A stretch of 64,000 bases of DNA, taken from positions 6,110-70,109 of the forward strand of contig JABDDT010000007.1 in NCBI GenBank assembly GCA_013287475.1, read 5' to 3'. A program made the position numbers and the translations under genes. Each line of letters begins with the position of its first letter. The first letter of the stretch is position 1. This DNA is from Bacteroidota bacterium (lineage in GTDB: Bacteria > Bacteroidota > Bacteroidia > Chitinophagales > Chitinophagaceae). Below the pieces are notes generated by a model, which saw nothing but the letters and a program-made list of their open reading frames with translations, did no database searches and was not told where the DNA came from. Below, one piece after another: positions 10,872 to 20,932 of this stretch.

Positions 10872-11246
10872 ATGCAAAACTGCATTTTAATTTATGATGA
10901 TGACCCTGATATTTTAACGGTGTGTACATTAATTTTGACCCAGCATAATTACCGGGTTGAGACCAGGAATCAATGCATGGCTATTTTAAGTGATATAGAC
11001 CAGATAAATCCAGATTTGATTCTCATGGATTTCTGGATACCGGAAATGGGAGGGGAGAAAGCAGTCACTCTCATAAAAAATAATAGGGGTACGCATCATA
11101 TACCCATCATTCTTTTTACGGCAAATGCTGAAATTGAAAAAATATATAAGAGAATAGGGGCGGATGGGTTTTTGAAAAAACCATTCGAAATAATAGCCCT
11201 GCTGAACGTCCTTAATGACAAAATCCGGGAGCGGGTTGGGCAATAA
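10872..11246 (+). CDS. Single-domain response regulator
   Basis: YDDD, LMD, FTA, KPF receiver motifs. Confidence 0.9.
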   Translation: MQNCILIYDDDPDILTVCTLILTQHNYRVETRNQCMAILSDIDQINPDLILMDFWIPEMGGEKAVTLIKNNRGTHHIPIILFTANAEIEKIYKRIGADGFLKKPFEIIALLNVLNDKIRERVGQ

Positions 11247-11336
11247 GATCCACTGTTTGCCCAAAATATCAGTATTAATGGAAGTTATTAACCCGCTAAA
11301 TGAAGGCTGGATTTTTGCATTATCAAAATAAAGTGG

Positions 11337-11717
11337 GTGATGGATATTTTGATTGTGGATGATGATAAAGATTTATGTACCATATTGACTTCAATCTGCG
11401 TTAGCCGTGACCTTATTGCCTATTGTATTGATAATCTCAAAGATGCTCTGAAAGAGATTGACTCGTTTCCGATGTTGATGTTTCTTGATAATAATCTGCC
11501 GGACGGCCTGGGAGTGGAAATGATTGAGACCTTTAAAGCCCTTTCCCCCTTCACAAAAATTGTATTCATTACAGCTGACCTTAACGAAAGAATAATGAAT
11601 CAGGCGCTCAGAAACGGAGCTGACTATTTTCTGGAAAAGCCCTTCCAGCTTAATGGCGTACGAGGAATTCTCTCTAAATTTCAAAAAAAGCTGATCAATT
11701 CTGTGGAGGTTATTTAA
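11337..11717 (+). CDS. Single-domain response regulator
   Basis: VDDD, FLDNNLPDG, ITA, EKPF. Confidence 0.9.
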   Translation: MMDILIVDDDKDLCTILTSICVSRDLIAYCIDNLKDALKEIDSFPMLMFLDNNLPDGLGVEMIETFKALSPFTKIVFITADLNERIMNQALRNGADYFLEKPFQLNGVRGILSKFQKKLINSVEVI

Positions 11718-11937
11718 TCGCAGATTTTATTTTGAATGTAAAAGGATAGCTGCCTTCTTTTGAGTATATGTATCGGCAATGATTTTTTCCAATAGTGCCT
11801 TGAAGATGTTCTCGCCGTTTGCTTGTCAAAAGAATTGAGATCTGCCCATTTATTCAAAACGGATTTTCCCGATCTATAATCATGCCAGTGAAATTTCATA
11901 AGTGGGTGGCAGGGTTATTGAATACATAAAGGAAAAA

Positions 11938-12390
11938 ATGATGTTAAAAATGATTGGTTCAGTCTCATTGTTGTTTTTTAGTTCATTTGCTTTTTCCCAA
12001 TCGGGAACAAATCCTCCAAATGATGTTCGGGAATCTTTCCACCGGGATTATCCGAAATCTCAGGGCGGAGAATGGGTTAACCAGGGCAAAGGGTTCGAGG
12101 TAAAATTCAATGACAGGGATAATGATAACGGGGAATCTGTTGCCTATTATCGGTCAGACGGCGTACATATAGATACCCATTCGCAATATGATAACCGAGA
12201 CATACCGCAACCGGTTACGGATCATATGACCCGGAATTATTCGGGTTCAGATGGTTACCGGGTAGTTCGGATTGACCGGCATTCAGCGCCGGATATGTAT
12301 GAAGTGCATTATACGCATAAAAAATACCGGCATAAAATATATGTGGATGAATACGGAAAAGAAAAAAATTACCACGACTATCATTACTGA
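11938..12390 (+). CDS. Secreted PepSY-like/BLIP-like protein
   Basis: Signal peptide; two P..V...F/M...Y repeats followed by beta-rich segments; start moved to the first ATG. Confidence 0.6.
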   Translation: MMLKMIGSVSLLFFSSFAFSQSGTNPPNDVRESFHRDYPKSQGGEWVNQGKGFEVKFNDRDNDNGESVAYYRSDGVHIDTHSQYDNRDIPQPVTDHMTRNYSGSDGYRVVRIDRHSAPDMYEVHYTHKKYRHKIYVDEYGKEKNYHDYHY

Positions 12391-12398
12391 TCAATATT

Positions 12399-12836
12399 AT
12401 GAAAAACTCAATGCTTAGCATTTGCATGTTCCTTGGATTCTCTTTACTTACAACCTGCGGAGGCCAATCCATTGTTGGCAAATGGAAAGGGGTATCTGTA
12501 AAAAATTATTTCAGCGCTGAGTACGCCAAACAAGCAGGTAAACCCATGGAGGAGAAAACGGCTAAAGAAGCCGGAAATTCCGAAATAAATTATAACGCAG
12601 ACCATACATTTATTTTGAATTTTTCGGCTCCCAACAGCACAGAGATAATAACAATGAAAGGCATCTGGTCCGTCGCACATGACCAGCTTAAGTTAACACT
12701 GGAGCCTCAGTATAATCCGAAAAAAATGACTACGACGGCGACATTCACAATTAACGGCAATACCATGGTGACCACCGCGGACATTTCTCCTCCGTCCCGA
12801 ATTATAAAGACCATTTCGGTAGCCACCAAAATATGA
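12399..12836 (+). CDS. Lipocalin-like exported protein
   Basis: Signal peptide; SIVGKW and GIW motifs. Confidence 0.6.
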   Translation: MKNSMLSICMFLGFSLLTTCGGQSIVGKWKGVSVKNYFSAEYAKQAGKPMEEKTAKEAGNSEINYNADHTFILNFSAPNSTEIITMKGIWSVAHDQLKLTLEPQYNPKKMTTTATFTINGNTMVTTADISPPSRIIKTISVATKI

Positions 12837-13028
12837 GAACTATCGCAGCGTTCTTTTATTTTTTGCCTGATAAACGAAATGGTCTCTCGATACAGTATGA
12901 TACAACCGGCGATATTACTGAAACACAGAATTATGCGGATGAAAATTAATAAGTAAATGAGAGTTAAAGAAGAGCACATTTGAAAGATTAATGGAGGGTC
13001 GGGATTATTATTTTTGGCTCCCCTTCAC

Positions 13029-13658
13029 TTAGTTCGGATTTAAGCTGTTCAATATTTTACCTTTCTCATCCAGGAAAGTCATACTACTTTTTCCGTTAGG
13101 CAAAACCTGAAGAATCAGACGTTTATTGCCCGATGAATCCATTAATGCTATTTCTGATGAACCATTTTCATTTCGTCCAACCCAAATTCTTGATGGGTCT
13201 TTATTTTCAGCAGGATGGCTGTCTGAAATCATGAGTCCGGCAAAGCGGTCATCCTTATCATTAACGCCAATCAATTGAACTTCCTGATTTCCCATGTACC
13301 TGTCAAAGGAAAGGCTACCTCCTGAATTTATAACTTCACCTTTATCGTTTTTTGATCCTCCAAAGATGAGTCCGCCATTTTCAGAACCTTCGTCATTGTA
13401 AAAAAGCATTCCAGCCTGAGGCCGGTCAAATGGTTCTTCTTTTCCTTTAACTATAATTCCTGGGAATTTAGAATGATTGGAGATGATCATTCGTAATGTC
13501 CCGTCTGGCTCAATAATTCTTATTTGCTGTGCCTCAATTTTATCGAAAATTACCTTATTATGATTTAACTGCCTGGAAAACCATATCAATGAAATGATAA
13601 AAACCATAGTAGTAAGGAGGGAATAAATAAATAGAAATGTTTGATTTAATTTTTTCAT
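13029..13658 (-). CDS. Hypothetical membrane-anchored beta-rich protein
   Basis: ATG at 13658 (MKKLNQTF) followed by one TM helix; IRIIEPDGTLRMIISN...FYNDEGSENGGL. Confidence 0.7.
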   Translation of the reverse strand: MKKLNQTFLFIYSLLTTMVFIISLIWFSRQLNHNKVIFDKIEAQQIRIIEPDGTLRMIISNHSKFPGIIVKGKEEPFDRPQAGMLFYNDEGSENGGLIFGGSKNDKGEVINSGGSLSFDRYMGNQEVQLIGVNDKDDRFAGLMISDSHPAENKDPSRIWVGRNENGSSEIALMDSSGNKRLILQVLPNGKSSMTFLDEKGKILNSLNPN

Positions 13659-13803
13659 TTTATTTGTTGTGACGTTTACATCCACATAAAAGTTACAATC
13701 ATTTATGCTTTCACCTTTGTGATGAAAGGCCCAGACCTCAAAACCTGGATCACATTTCTGTAAGAAAGCGTCAATATAACGTTTGAATATATTAGAGGCC
13801 AAC

Positions 13804-13836
13804 AAAAAAAGATCCCGCTTTTAAGGCGGGATCTTT
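13804..13836 (-). terminator. Rho-independent terminator
   Basis: On the minus strand, gatcccgc-cttaaaa-gcgggatc followed by T7; downstream of 13969..14460. Confidence 0.8.
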
Positions 13837-13968
13837 AAGTTTATTATCCAATAGTGAACGAACTATATTTAATGTTGCAGGCGGATAGTATCAATATTGG
13901 TAATCTGACCCAGGGCGACTACCGCGCATTTTTATATCACTTTTATCTAAACTATATTATTTTTTTCC

Positions 13969-14460
13969 CTAATCATTATGATCTCTGTGACCATGATCCT
14001 TATCTTCATGTTTATCATCTTTATCATGTCCATAAGCATGGCCTTTCCCATGTCCGTTTCCGGGTCCGTCATCCCTGTGATCGCGCAGAACGGGCTGATG
14101 GTCGTAGTATGCACGGTAATGCGCATAACGATCCCTGTAATGATCATGATGCATGTACGGTTGTGGATCGTTGATCACCACTTTATATCCGCGATAGAGG
14201 TCGTATGAATGGTATCTGGGAGGAAGCGTAGTGGCAAAAACCCAATTTCCTCCATTCAAATAAATAAACTGGTGTTTGGGAACGTAATAATACGTTTCAA
14301 TATCGGGCATGTAATAGTAATTCACATTATCGTACCCGGAAGGACCCCAGCTGGGCTGGCTGGCCACATTCACACTAACGCTCAAACTTACCTGAGCATC
14401 AGCCTGACTAACAAAAGAACTGGCAGTTAACAAACAAAAAGCCGCAAAATATATTTTCAT
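13969..14460 (-). CDS. Secreted hypothetical protein with a His/Asp/Gly-rich tail
   Basis: MKIYFAAF signal peptide; QVSLSVSVN..QPSWGP..YYYMPDIETYY; tail GNGHGKGHAYGHDKDDKH. Confidence 0.8.
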   Translation of the reverse strand: MKIYFAAFCLLTASSFVSQADAQVSLSVSVNVASQPSWGPSGYDNVNYYYMPDIETYYYVPKHQFIYLNGGNWVFATTLPPRYHSYDLYRGYKVVINDPQPYMHHDHYRDRYAHYRAYYDHQPVLRDHRDDGPGNGHGKGHAYGHDKDDKHEDKDHGHRDHND

Positions 14461-14721
14461 TTTTAAGGGTTTGTTATCATTATGCCAAAGGAATGCCAGA
14501 TTTTCAAAAAAACTGTTATAAAAAAATAAGTATGATTCCCAATTTGGGATATCATCCGATAACCAGTCAGGCCAGAACAAAGAACTAAACCGCATCGTCT
14601 TTTAGGTAAAATCACGAGCACGGTAACCGCATATTTACGGATTGCAAATAGGTATACAATTAGCTATATTGTTTAACCTCAAATCCGGTCCATTTACTAT
14701 TGTACCCTCTAAAAAACTACA

Positions 14722-15063
14722 ATGGAAAAAAGTAAAAAGATGGAGCTCGAAATCCTGGTTGCGATCAGGAATAATCCAAAAACCCCGGCGGATGAATTCT
14801 ATATAATTTTTGAAGGCTGCTGGCCCCAGTACCGGGCGGTCCTGAGTGACCTGTATAATAAAGGATTATTGATCATTTCCCCCCACGAAATGATTCCCGG
14901 ATTAAACAGGCTGGAACTTACGGTGACGGGTAAGCGCAGGGAAACAGAGCTCCTCCTCGAACGTGCTGAAGGGCTTTCCAGAATACTTATCATTCTTAAA
15001 AAGACTAAAAAGCTGCGGACAGCTATTCAAAAAACTGCTTCCTTAAAACTCATGCAGGCCTGA
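14722..15063 (+). CDS. Hypothetical protein, possibly winged-helix-like
   Basis: Clean ORF with an A-rich leader; L..L..KGLL...LELT..G pattern. Confidence 0.55.
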   Translation: MEKSKKMELEILVAIRNNPKTPADEFYIIFEGCWPQYRAVLSDLYNKGLLIISPHEMIPGLNRLELTVTGKRRETELLLERAEGLSRILIILKKTKKLRTAIQKTASLKLMQA

Positions 15064-15169
15064 CCGGTCCGTTCAGGACAGCGCATAATTTAGTAAATAC
15101 AAGGGAATTGACAGGAAATTAGTTACAATAGCTTTTCGACAGCAAAATCCGGTAGCATCACCTATTCCG

Positions 15170-15604
15170 TTACATCCGCTCCATGTACCAGCTCAACGTC
15201 TTCTCCATTTTTTTGTAACGAAAAAGTGCAGTGATGATTTTTTGTAAGCGCATGAAAGCCGTCTCGCTTTTAACTACATAGTCGAAAGCCCTGTGATGCA
15301 TACAGTTTATTGCCACATCAATTTTATCCTGAGAAGACAGCATAACTACAGGAATATCCGGGTTAAAGGTCTTTATTCTATCTAATGTTTCTATTCCGTT
15401 CATCGCATATTTATCAACTCCGTTAAGATGATAATCTAAAATAATTACATCCGGGTTGTGAGATAATTGCTCCAGGCAACGTTCACCGGTTGAAAATGTT
15501 TCAATGTCAAAATCAGCGTGTTGAAGAAACTCTATTTCCAATGATTTCAAAAATAACGCATCGTCATCTACCAGAAAGAGTTTTACATTTTTTCCAGTTT
15601 GCAT
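15170..15604 (-). CDS. Response regulator (receiver domain)
   Basis: LVDDD, ILDYHL, MLSSQD, YVVK. Confidence 0.9.
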   Translation of the reverse strand: MQTGKNVKLFLVDDDALFLKSLEIEFLQHADFDIETFSTGERCLEQLSHNPDVIILDYHLNGVDKYAMNGIETLDRIKTFNPDIPVVMLSSQDKIDVAINCMHHRAFDYVVKSETAFMRLQKIITALFRYKKMEKTLSWYMERM

Positions 15605-17784
15605 TACCTAGTGTTTTTAATCGTATTATACTCTTCTTTCAATTCTAAACAGGCCTGCTCGCAAATATTTTCAAGCTGCAATAGCAGAAATAATATCCCG
15701 TCAGTTTGTTGTTGAGAAACGGCATATTCCTTAACCTGTATTGCAATATTTTCATAATCAGAACTAATACCCATTATTGAAAATGAAGGAATCATTTTAT
15801 GTGCTGCTGCCTGTAATAAAATCCAGTCTTTATCTTTCAAACTTTGTTTCATGGCAGCGATTAAAGGAGGAGTTTGTTCCAGATAAAGTGAAATCATCTC
15901 CATCATCAAAGCCGGATCGGATTTTGTACGACCGATCAGGTAATTTAAATCAATGCACTTTATTTTTTTTATTTGATCACCGTTATTCTGTTCATTTCGT
16001 TTATAATTTATTTGGATCGGCTTTTTTACAAGCTCTACAATTTTCTGGTATAATAATCTTTCGTCAACGGGCTTTGCAATGTAGTCATTCATTCCAACTG
16101 CTTTACATTTTGCAAGGTCTACTGTAGTTACATCTGCAGTTAAAGCGATAATGGGTATTTTAGAATTCATTTTATTCCGGATATATTCAGTAGTTTCAAA
16201 TCCGTTCATTTCCGGCATCTGCAGGTCCATCAAAATTATATCATAAGATTTAGCTTCCAGTTTTTCCAGCGCAATTTTCCCGTTACCGGCAATATCCCTT
16301 TCAAACCCAAAATCATCCAGCAATGTCTTCATTAATAATTGATTGAGCGCCATATCTTCGACTACCAATACTCTTATATTTTTAATTTCAATATCCATTT
16401 CTGTGGTTCTGGATTCCAATTCTGTTTCATCTTTGGATTTCTGAAAACTTAATGCAAAACTAAAAATTGAGCCTTTACCCAATTTGCTTTTTACGGATAT
16501 ATTACCACCCTGTGCCTTGACTAACTGTTTGACAATGGCCAAACCGAGTCCCGTTCCTCCATATAACCTTGATGTATTACTTGATGCCTGAGCAAAGTTT
16601 TCAAATATCTTCTCAATTTTTTCTTCCGGAATGCCGATTCCGGTATCAGAAACAGCAAATTCAATATTTACTCTCTCATCATCCTCATTTAGTAAACGAA
16701 CACTCACAATAATCTCACCTTCAGAAGTAAATTTTACTGCATTACTCACAAGATTTAATATAATCTGGTGCAGTCGAACAGGGTCACCTATCAACATCTC
16801 AGGTATTTTGGTGTCGTATTCCTTAACTAACAACAAATTTTTTTCCATAATTTTTGTCTCAAACAAATGAAGCATGGCTGAAATGGATAATGCCATTTTA
16901 AAAGGTATCTGTTCAAATGTCATTTTTCCCGCATCCACTTTTGCCAAATCGAGTATATCATTAATAAGTACGATAAGTGCGTCACCGCTCATTTTAATAG
17001 CCGTTAAATATTCCTTTTGCTTTACTGACAAATTTGTTTTCAAAACCACCTTGGTAAATCCAATAATCGCATTCATAGGCGTACGGATTTCATGACTCAT
17101 ATTAGACAAAAACTGTTGTTTTGATTTTACCGCATCTTCAGCTATTCTCATGGCAGTTTCAGCTTTTATTTTTGCTTCTTCTGCAATTTTGGTTGCCAGC
17201 TCAGCAAACTCCTTAGCTTCCGTTAATTCTTTTTCTATTCTTTTTTGTTCAGTAATAACTCTTGCTACAACCACGGCGCCCAGCACATTTCCCTTGTCAT
17301 CCTTATAGACCGATCCATTGAATAAAACATCGGTAAGCTCGCCATCCTTTATTGTTAATGGATAATCCGCCACATAACCTTTAGCAAAAACCTGCTGGTA
17401 ACCTTCTGTTGCCTTAACAGGTTCAGTAAAATAATTAATAAAATCAGTGCCGATCAGGCTTTCCCTCGACATATCAGTAATTTTCACCGATGCATTATTC
17501 ATATCGGTAATTTTTCCTTCAGGACTGATAGTAAACAAAGGATCGCGGCTTGCCTCAATGAGACTAAGAGAATATTGAGAAGCCAATCTTGCAGAATAGC
17601 TCAATGCCTGCTTTCTATTCTCCTCATTTTGAAATGCGAGTTCTTTTCGTACAATCGCTAAATCTGACTCTAGTTTTTCACGTGCTTCTGATTGAAAAGC
17701 GAGTTCTTTACGTGCAACTATTAAGTCATCCCCATTATATTTTTCCATTTTACTCATAACCGGTTTCATAAATTGTGTTATCAT
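15604..17784 (-). CDS. PAS hybrid histidine kinase with receiver and HPt-like domains
   Basis: MSHEIRTPMN, NLVSNAVKFT, GGTGLGL, LMDLQMP, and C-terminal AAHKMIPS. Confidence 0.95.
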   Translation of the reverse strand: MITQFMKPVMSKMEKYNGDDLIVARKELAFQSEAREKLESDLAIVRKELAFQNEENRKQALSYSARLASQYSLSLIEASRDPLFTISPEGKITDMNNASVKITDMSRESLIGTDFINYFTEPVKATEGYQQVFAKGYVADYPLTIKDGELTDVLFNGSVYKDDKGNVLGAVVVARVITEQKRIEKELTEAKEFAELATKIAEEAKIKAETAMRIAEDAVKSKQQFLSNMSHEIRTPMNAIIGFTKVVLKTNLSVKQKEYLTAIKMSGDALIVLINDILDLAKVDAGKMTFEQIPFKMALSISAMLHLFETKIMEKNLLLVKEYDTKIPEMLIGDPVRLHQIILNLVSNAVKFTSEGEIIVSVRLLNEDDERVNIEFAVSDTGIGIPEEKIEKIFENFAQASSNTSRLYGGTGLGLAIVKQLVKAQGGNISVKSKLGKGSIFSFALSFQKSKDETELESRTTEMDIEIKNIRVLVVEDMALNQLLMKTLLDDFGFERDIAGNGKIALEKLEAKSYDIILMDLQMPEMNGFETTEYIRNKMNSKIPIIALTADVTTVDLAKCKAVGMNDYIAKPVDERLLYQKIVELVKKPIQINYKRNEQNNGDQIKKIKCIDLNYLIGRTKSDPALMMEMISLYLEQTPPLIAAMKQSLKDKDWILLQAAAHKMIPSFSIMGISSDYENIAIQVKEYAVSQQQTDGILFLLLQLENICEQACLELKEEYNTIKNTR

Positions 17785-18344
17785 TAAATTTCATCAATCG
17801 GACTTCGCCTTTTGTCTTTCAATAGCTTAAAATGTGAGGGCGATAATCCAGTAACTTTTTTAAACTGATTGGATAAATGCGCAACACTGCTGTAATTCAT
17901 CTTCCAGGCAATTTCCGAAATGGTTAACTCATCATAAATTATCAATTCTTTTATTCGTTCAATTTTATTTAAGATAATGAATTGACCAATCGTTGTCCCC
18001 TGAACCTCAGAAAATAGATTTGACATGTATGTATAATCATGATTCAATTTTTCACTTAAATAATTAGAGAACTTTATTTTAATTGGCTCATCCATATTGT
18101 GAACCATATCAATGACTACATGCTTTATTTTTTCAATTAAAACTGATCGCCTGTCGTCAATCAATTCAAACCCAAGGTCGGACAAAGCAATTTTGAGCTG
18201 CTCCCGCTGATCAGCAGAAATGTCTTCCATAATATCCACTTCACCCAACTCAACTACTATGAAATGAAGACCAAGTTTTTTCAACTCCTCTTTCACCGCC
18301 GTTTTGCAACGGGTGCTCACCATGAATTTGATGAATATTTTCAA
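17784..18344 (-). CDS. AraC family transcriptional regulator
   Basis: MVSTRCK N-terminus; SEIAWKMNYSSVAHLSNQFKKVTG. Confidence 0.9.
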   Translation of the reverse strand: MKIFIKFMVSTRCKTAVKEELKKLGLHFIVVELGEVDIMEDISADQREQLKIALSDLGFELIDDRRSVLIEKIKHVVIDMVHNMDEPIKIKFSNYLSEKLNHDYTYMSNLFSEVQGTTIGQFIILNKIERIKELIIYDELTISEIAWKMNYSSVAHLSNQFKKVTGLSPSHFKLLKDKRRSPIDEI

Positions 18345-18488
18345 ATAATTATTTCTTATTCAATGAGATCTTTCTAAAGATATGATTATTCTGCCTTGCG
18401 ACAGTTGCACAAATCAATCAATTAGTTACATCATTCACACCTTAACAATTGTTTCTGGTCTTTTATACATCACTTGGACACCCTGTAA

Positions 18489-18547
18489 ATTATGTAATTC
18501 AATCCATCGATTGTGTAATATTTCCGGCAAATGTCCTTCTACCTTTG
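18489..18547 (+). promoter_or_regulatory. Direct repeats 21 bp apart plus a Bacteroidota -7 box
   Basis: attatgtaat (18489) and attgtgtaat (18510), then TACCTTTG (18540-18547); divergent from the AraC gene. Confidence 0.55.
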
Positions 18548-18580
18548 TATCGGTTTTTCATAGGATATTGGATTTTAACC

Positions 18581-18607
18581 GGGCTGGATTTCTATCCGGC
18601 CCTTTTA
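18581..18607 (+). terminator. Terminator-like hairpin
   Basis: gggctggat-ttct-atccggccc followed by ttttatt. Confidence 0.6.
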
Positions 18608-18668
18608 TTCAACTAATGAGACTTTTACAAATTTTTGAAATGCTATAAATACAAAATTTCCAAAGGAT

Positions 18669-18869
18669 ATGGAATCTAATAATTTACATTCAGAAAAGAT
18701 TTCTTTACTATTTAATTTGCAGAACAGATGTGATCAATTTGATTTTGCGTTGGAGAATAATGAAGATTTTAAGACAGTTAGAACGATTTACAGGGAAATC
18801 AAGGAGTTGAGAGCAAAACTTATTGAAATGAAAGAGAAAAATTCCAAAACTACCAATGAAAGAATTTAA
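18669..18869 (+). CDS. Small hypothetical protein
   Basis: 66-aa helical, charged ORF in otherwise empty space. Confidence 0.45.
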   Translation: MESNNLHSEKISLLFNLQNRCDQFDFALENNEDFKTVRTIYREIKELRAKLIEMKEKNSKTTNERI

Positions 18870-18900
18870 ATGCCAGAAAAATGCGTAATAAAAAAAACCA

Positions 18901-20139
18901 TCATTCTTCTTCTACGTAATTGATGTCTTTTTTAAAAGTTTCCTCCAGGAAAACCAGTGCGATGATTGCAATTGCGAAACTTAGAACGCCAACAACTAAA
19001 GCGCCATAAATAATTCCAACATAATTTTTCACCATGGCAAATAGCATGGTTAACGGAATTACGGACCCCCTGACAAAATTGGGAACAGTAGTGGCAACAG
19101 TTGCCCGGAGATCGGAGCCAAAGAGTTCGGCCGCAACTGTAATGAAAAGCGTCCAATAGCCACTGCAAAATCCGAGGCAAGTGCATAGTAAGTAAAATAA
19201 TATTGTGGTATGGAGTGGTACTAGTAAATAGACAATAACCAGTGAAAAGGAAGATAAAATAAATAATAAAATTACTTTTTTCCTGTTTTGCAGATATTGA
19301 CTGAGAAAACCACTTGTCAAGTTACCCAAAACCTGGGCGGCAAAAGCAAGCGTGACCGCCTTACCTGCATCAACGGGTTGGTCAAGACCCATTGCCTGGC
19401 CAAATTCCGGGGAAAACGTGAGCAAAATTCCAATCACAAACCATATCGGTATTCCGATCAGTATGCTGTTCACGTATTTTAACAGCCGTGTTTTATTATT
19501 AAATAATTTAATTACATCACCCCGTTTAATGTTCTTTTCCTTTAGCTTCAGGAACATGCCTGATTCAAAAACTCTTACCCGCAACACCATGAGTATTAAT
19601 CCTAAGCCACCGCCAATAAAATAAGCCGTTCGCCAGTCAAAAAGATGAGAAACAAAGTATGCGAGCAAAGCGCCCATAATGCCCACAGTAGCTACCAGGG
19701 TAGTCCCATAACCTCGTCTCTCTCTCGGTAAAATTTCCGTTACCAATGTAATACCAGCTCCCAGTTCACCGGCGAGTCCAAATCCCGCAATAAATCTTAG
19801 TACAGCATATTGAGTGATGGTAGTTACAAATCCATTCCCAATGTTTGCAATAGAATAAATCAAAATAGAACCAAACAATACTGAAAGTCGTCCTTTTTTA
19901 TCTCCCATGATTCCCCAAAAAATCCCACCAATCAGCATACCTGCCATTTGAAGATTCAACAGCATAATACCATCTTCCAGCAATTTTTCTCCGGGAAGAT
20001 GCAAGGATTTTAAACTTGAAACCCGATTAATACTGAAAAGAAACAAGTCATACATGTCCACCATATATCCCAGCGCCGCAACTATAACGGGAATACGTAA
20101 AAGTTCCCTGGCAATGTTTTTGGAAGATGTATTAATCAT
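18901..20139 (-). CDS. MFS transporter
   Basis: DMYDLFLF, GDKKGR and RFIAGFGLAGE motifs; about 12 TM segments. Confidence 0.9.
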   Translation of the reverse strand: MINTSSKNIARELLRIPVIVAALGYMVDMYDLFLFSINRVSSLKSLHLPGEKLLEDGIMLLNLQMAGMLIGGIFWGIMGDKKGRLSVLFGSILIYSIANIGNGFVTTITQYAVLRFIAGFGLAGELGAGITLVTEILPRERRGYGTTLVATVGIMGALLAYFVSHLFDWRTAYFIGGGLGLILMVLRVRVFESGMFLKLKEKNIKRGDVIKLFNNKTRLLKYVNSILIGIPIWFVIGILLTFSPEFGQAMGLDQPVDAGKAVTLAFAAQVLGNLTSGFLSQYLQNRKKVILLFILSSFSLVIVYLLVPLHTTILFYLLCTCLGFCSGYWTLFITVAAELFGSDLRATVATTVPNFVRGSVIPLTMLFAMVKNYVGIIYGALVVGVLSFAIAIIALVFLEETFKKDINYVEEE

Positions 20140-20146
20140 TACAATT

Positions 20147-20917
20147 TTATAAACGTGGAATTGTTAATCCACCATCTACCATGATAACCTGCCCTGTTGA
20201 ATACATGAAATCGTTCTTTGTAAGTGATGCAACTACTTTTCCAACATCCTGTGGTTCTCCCCAACGTTTTTGTACACACAGCCCCTCTCTGATTAATTCA
20301 TCGTATTTTTCTCTGACTCCGGATGTCATATCAGTTTGTATAATTCCCGGTCTTACTTCAAAAACAGGAATATCGTACTCACCAAGTCTCACGGCAAACA
20401 ATTGTGTCACCATGGCAATACCCGCTTTCGAAATGCAGTATTCTCCACGGTTTACAGATGCCAGTGTTGCAGAAACAGATGAAATATTTATAATGCATCC
20501 TTTAAATTCAGCATTTATTTTCTTTTGTTCAATCATCCAGTTTGCAGTCTTTTGTGTAAGAAAATATGAGCCCTTAAGATTTACACCCATCACATAGTCA
20601 AAACTTTCTTCCGTAGCATCCAGAATGTCTCTTCGTTCTTTAGGGGCTACACCGGCATTGTTCACCAGCACATCAAGTCTGCCATAATGGTCTTTTATCT
20701 TGCGCAGAATGTCTTTTCGATCGCCGGAAGAAGCGATGTCCCCCATACAATAAATAACATCAATGCCGTATTCCCTCAATTCTTTTAATTCATTTTCTAC
20801 CAGATCTGCAGAACGTGTTCCGTTGATGGCTAAGTCAAAATTATTTTTCGCAAGTTCGCGGGCAATGCCCAAACCAATACCACGGCTTCCTCCTGTGATT
20901 AACGCTACTCTTGTCAT
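20147..20917 (-). CDS. SDR oxidoreductase (3-ketoacyl-ACP reductase-like)
   Basis: TGGSRGIG, NNAG, YCISK. Confidence 0.9.
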   Translation of the reverse strand: MTRVALITGGSRGIGLGIARELAKNNFDLAINGTRSADLVENELKELREYGIDVIYCMGDIASSGDRKDILRKIKDHYGRLDVLVNNAGVAPKERRDILDATEESFDYVMGVNLKGSYFLTQKTANWMIEQKKINAEFKGCIINISSVSATLASVNRGEYCISKAGIAMVTQLFAVRLGEYDIPVFEVRPGIIQTDMTSGVREKYDELIREGLCVQKRWGEPQDVGKVVASLTKNDFMYSTGQVIMVDGGLTIPRL

Positions 20918-20932
20918 ATATTTAATAACCGG

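Noticed and set aside
11714-11899. 61-aa minus-strand ORF
   Set aside because: No recognisable motif; cannot be supported from sequence alone.
13854-14430. Overlapping His/Met/Ile-rich ORFs
   Set aside because: Shadow frames of the low-complexity gene at 13969..14460.
18382-18648. 88-aa plus-strand ORF
   Set aside because: It runs through promoter repeats and a terminator hairpin, so it is likely spurious.
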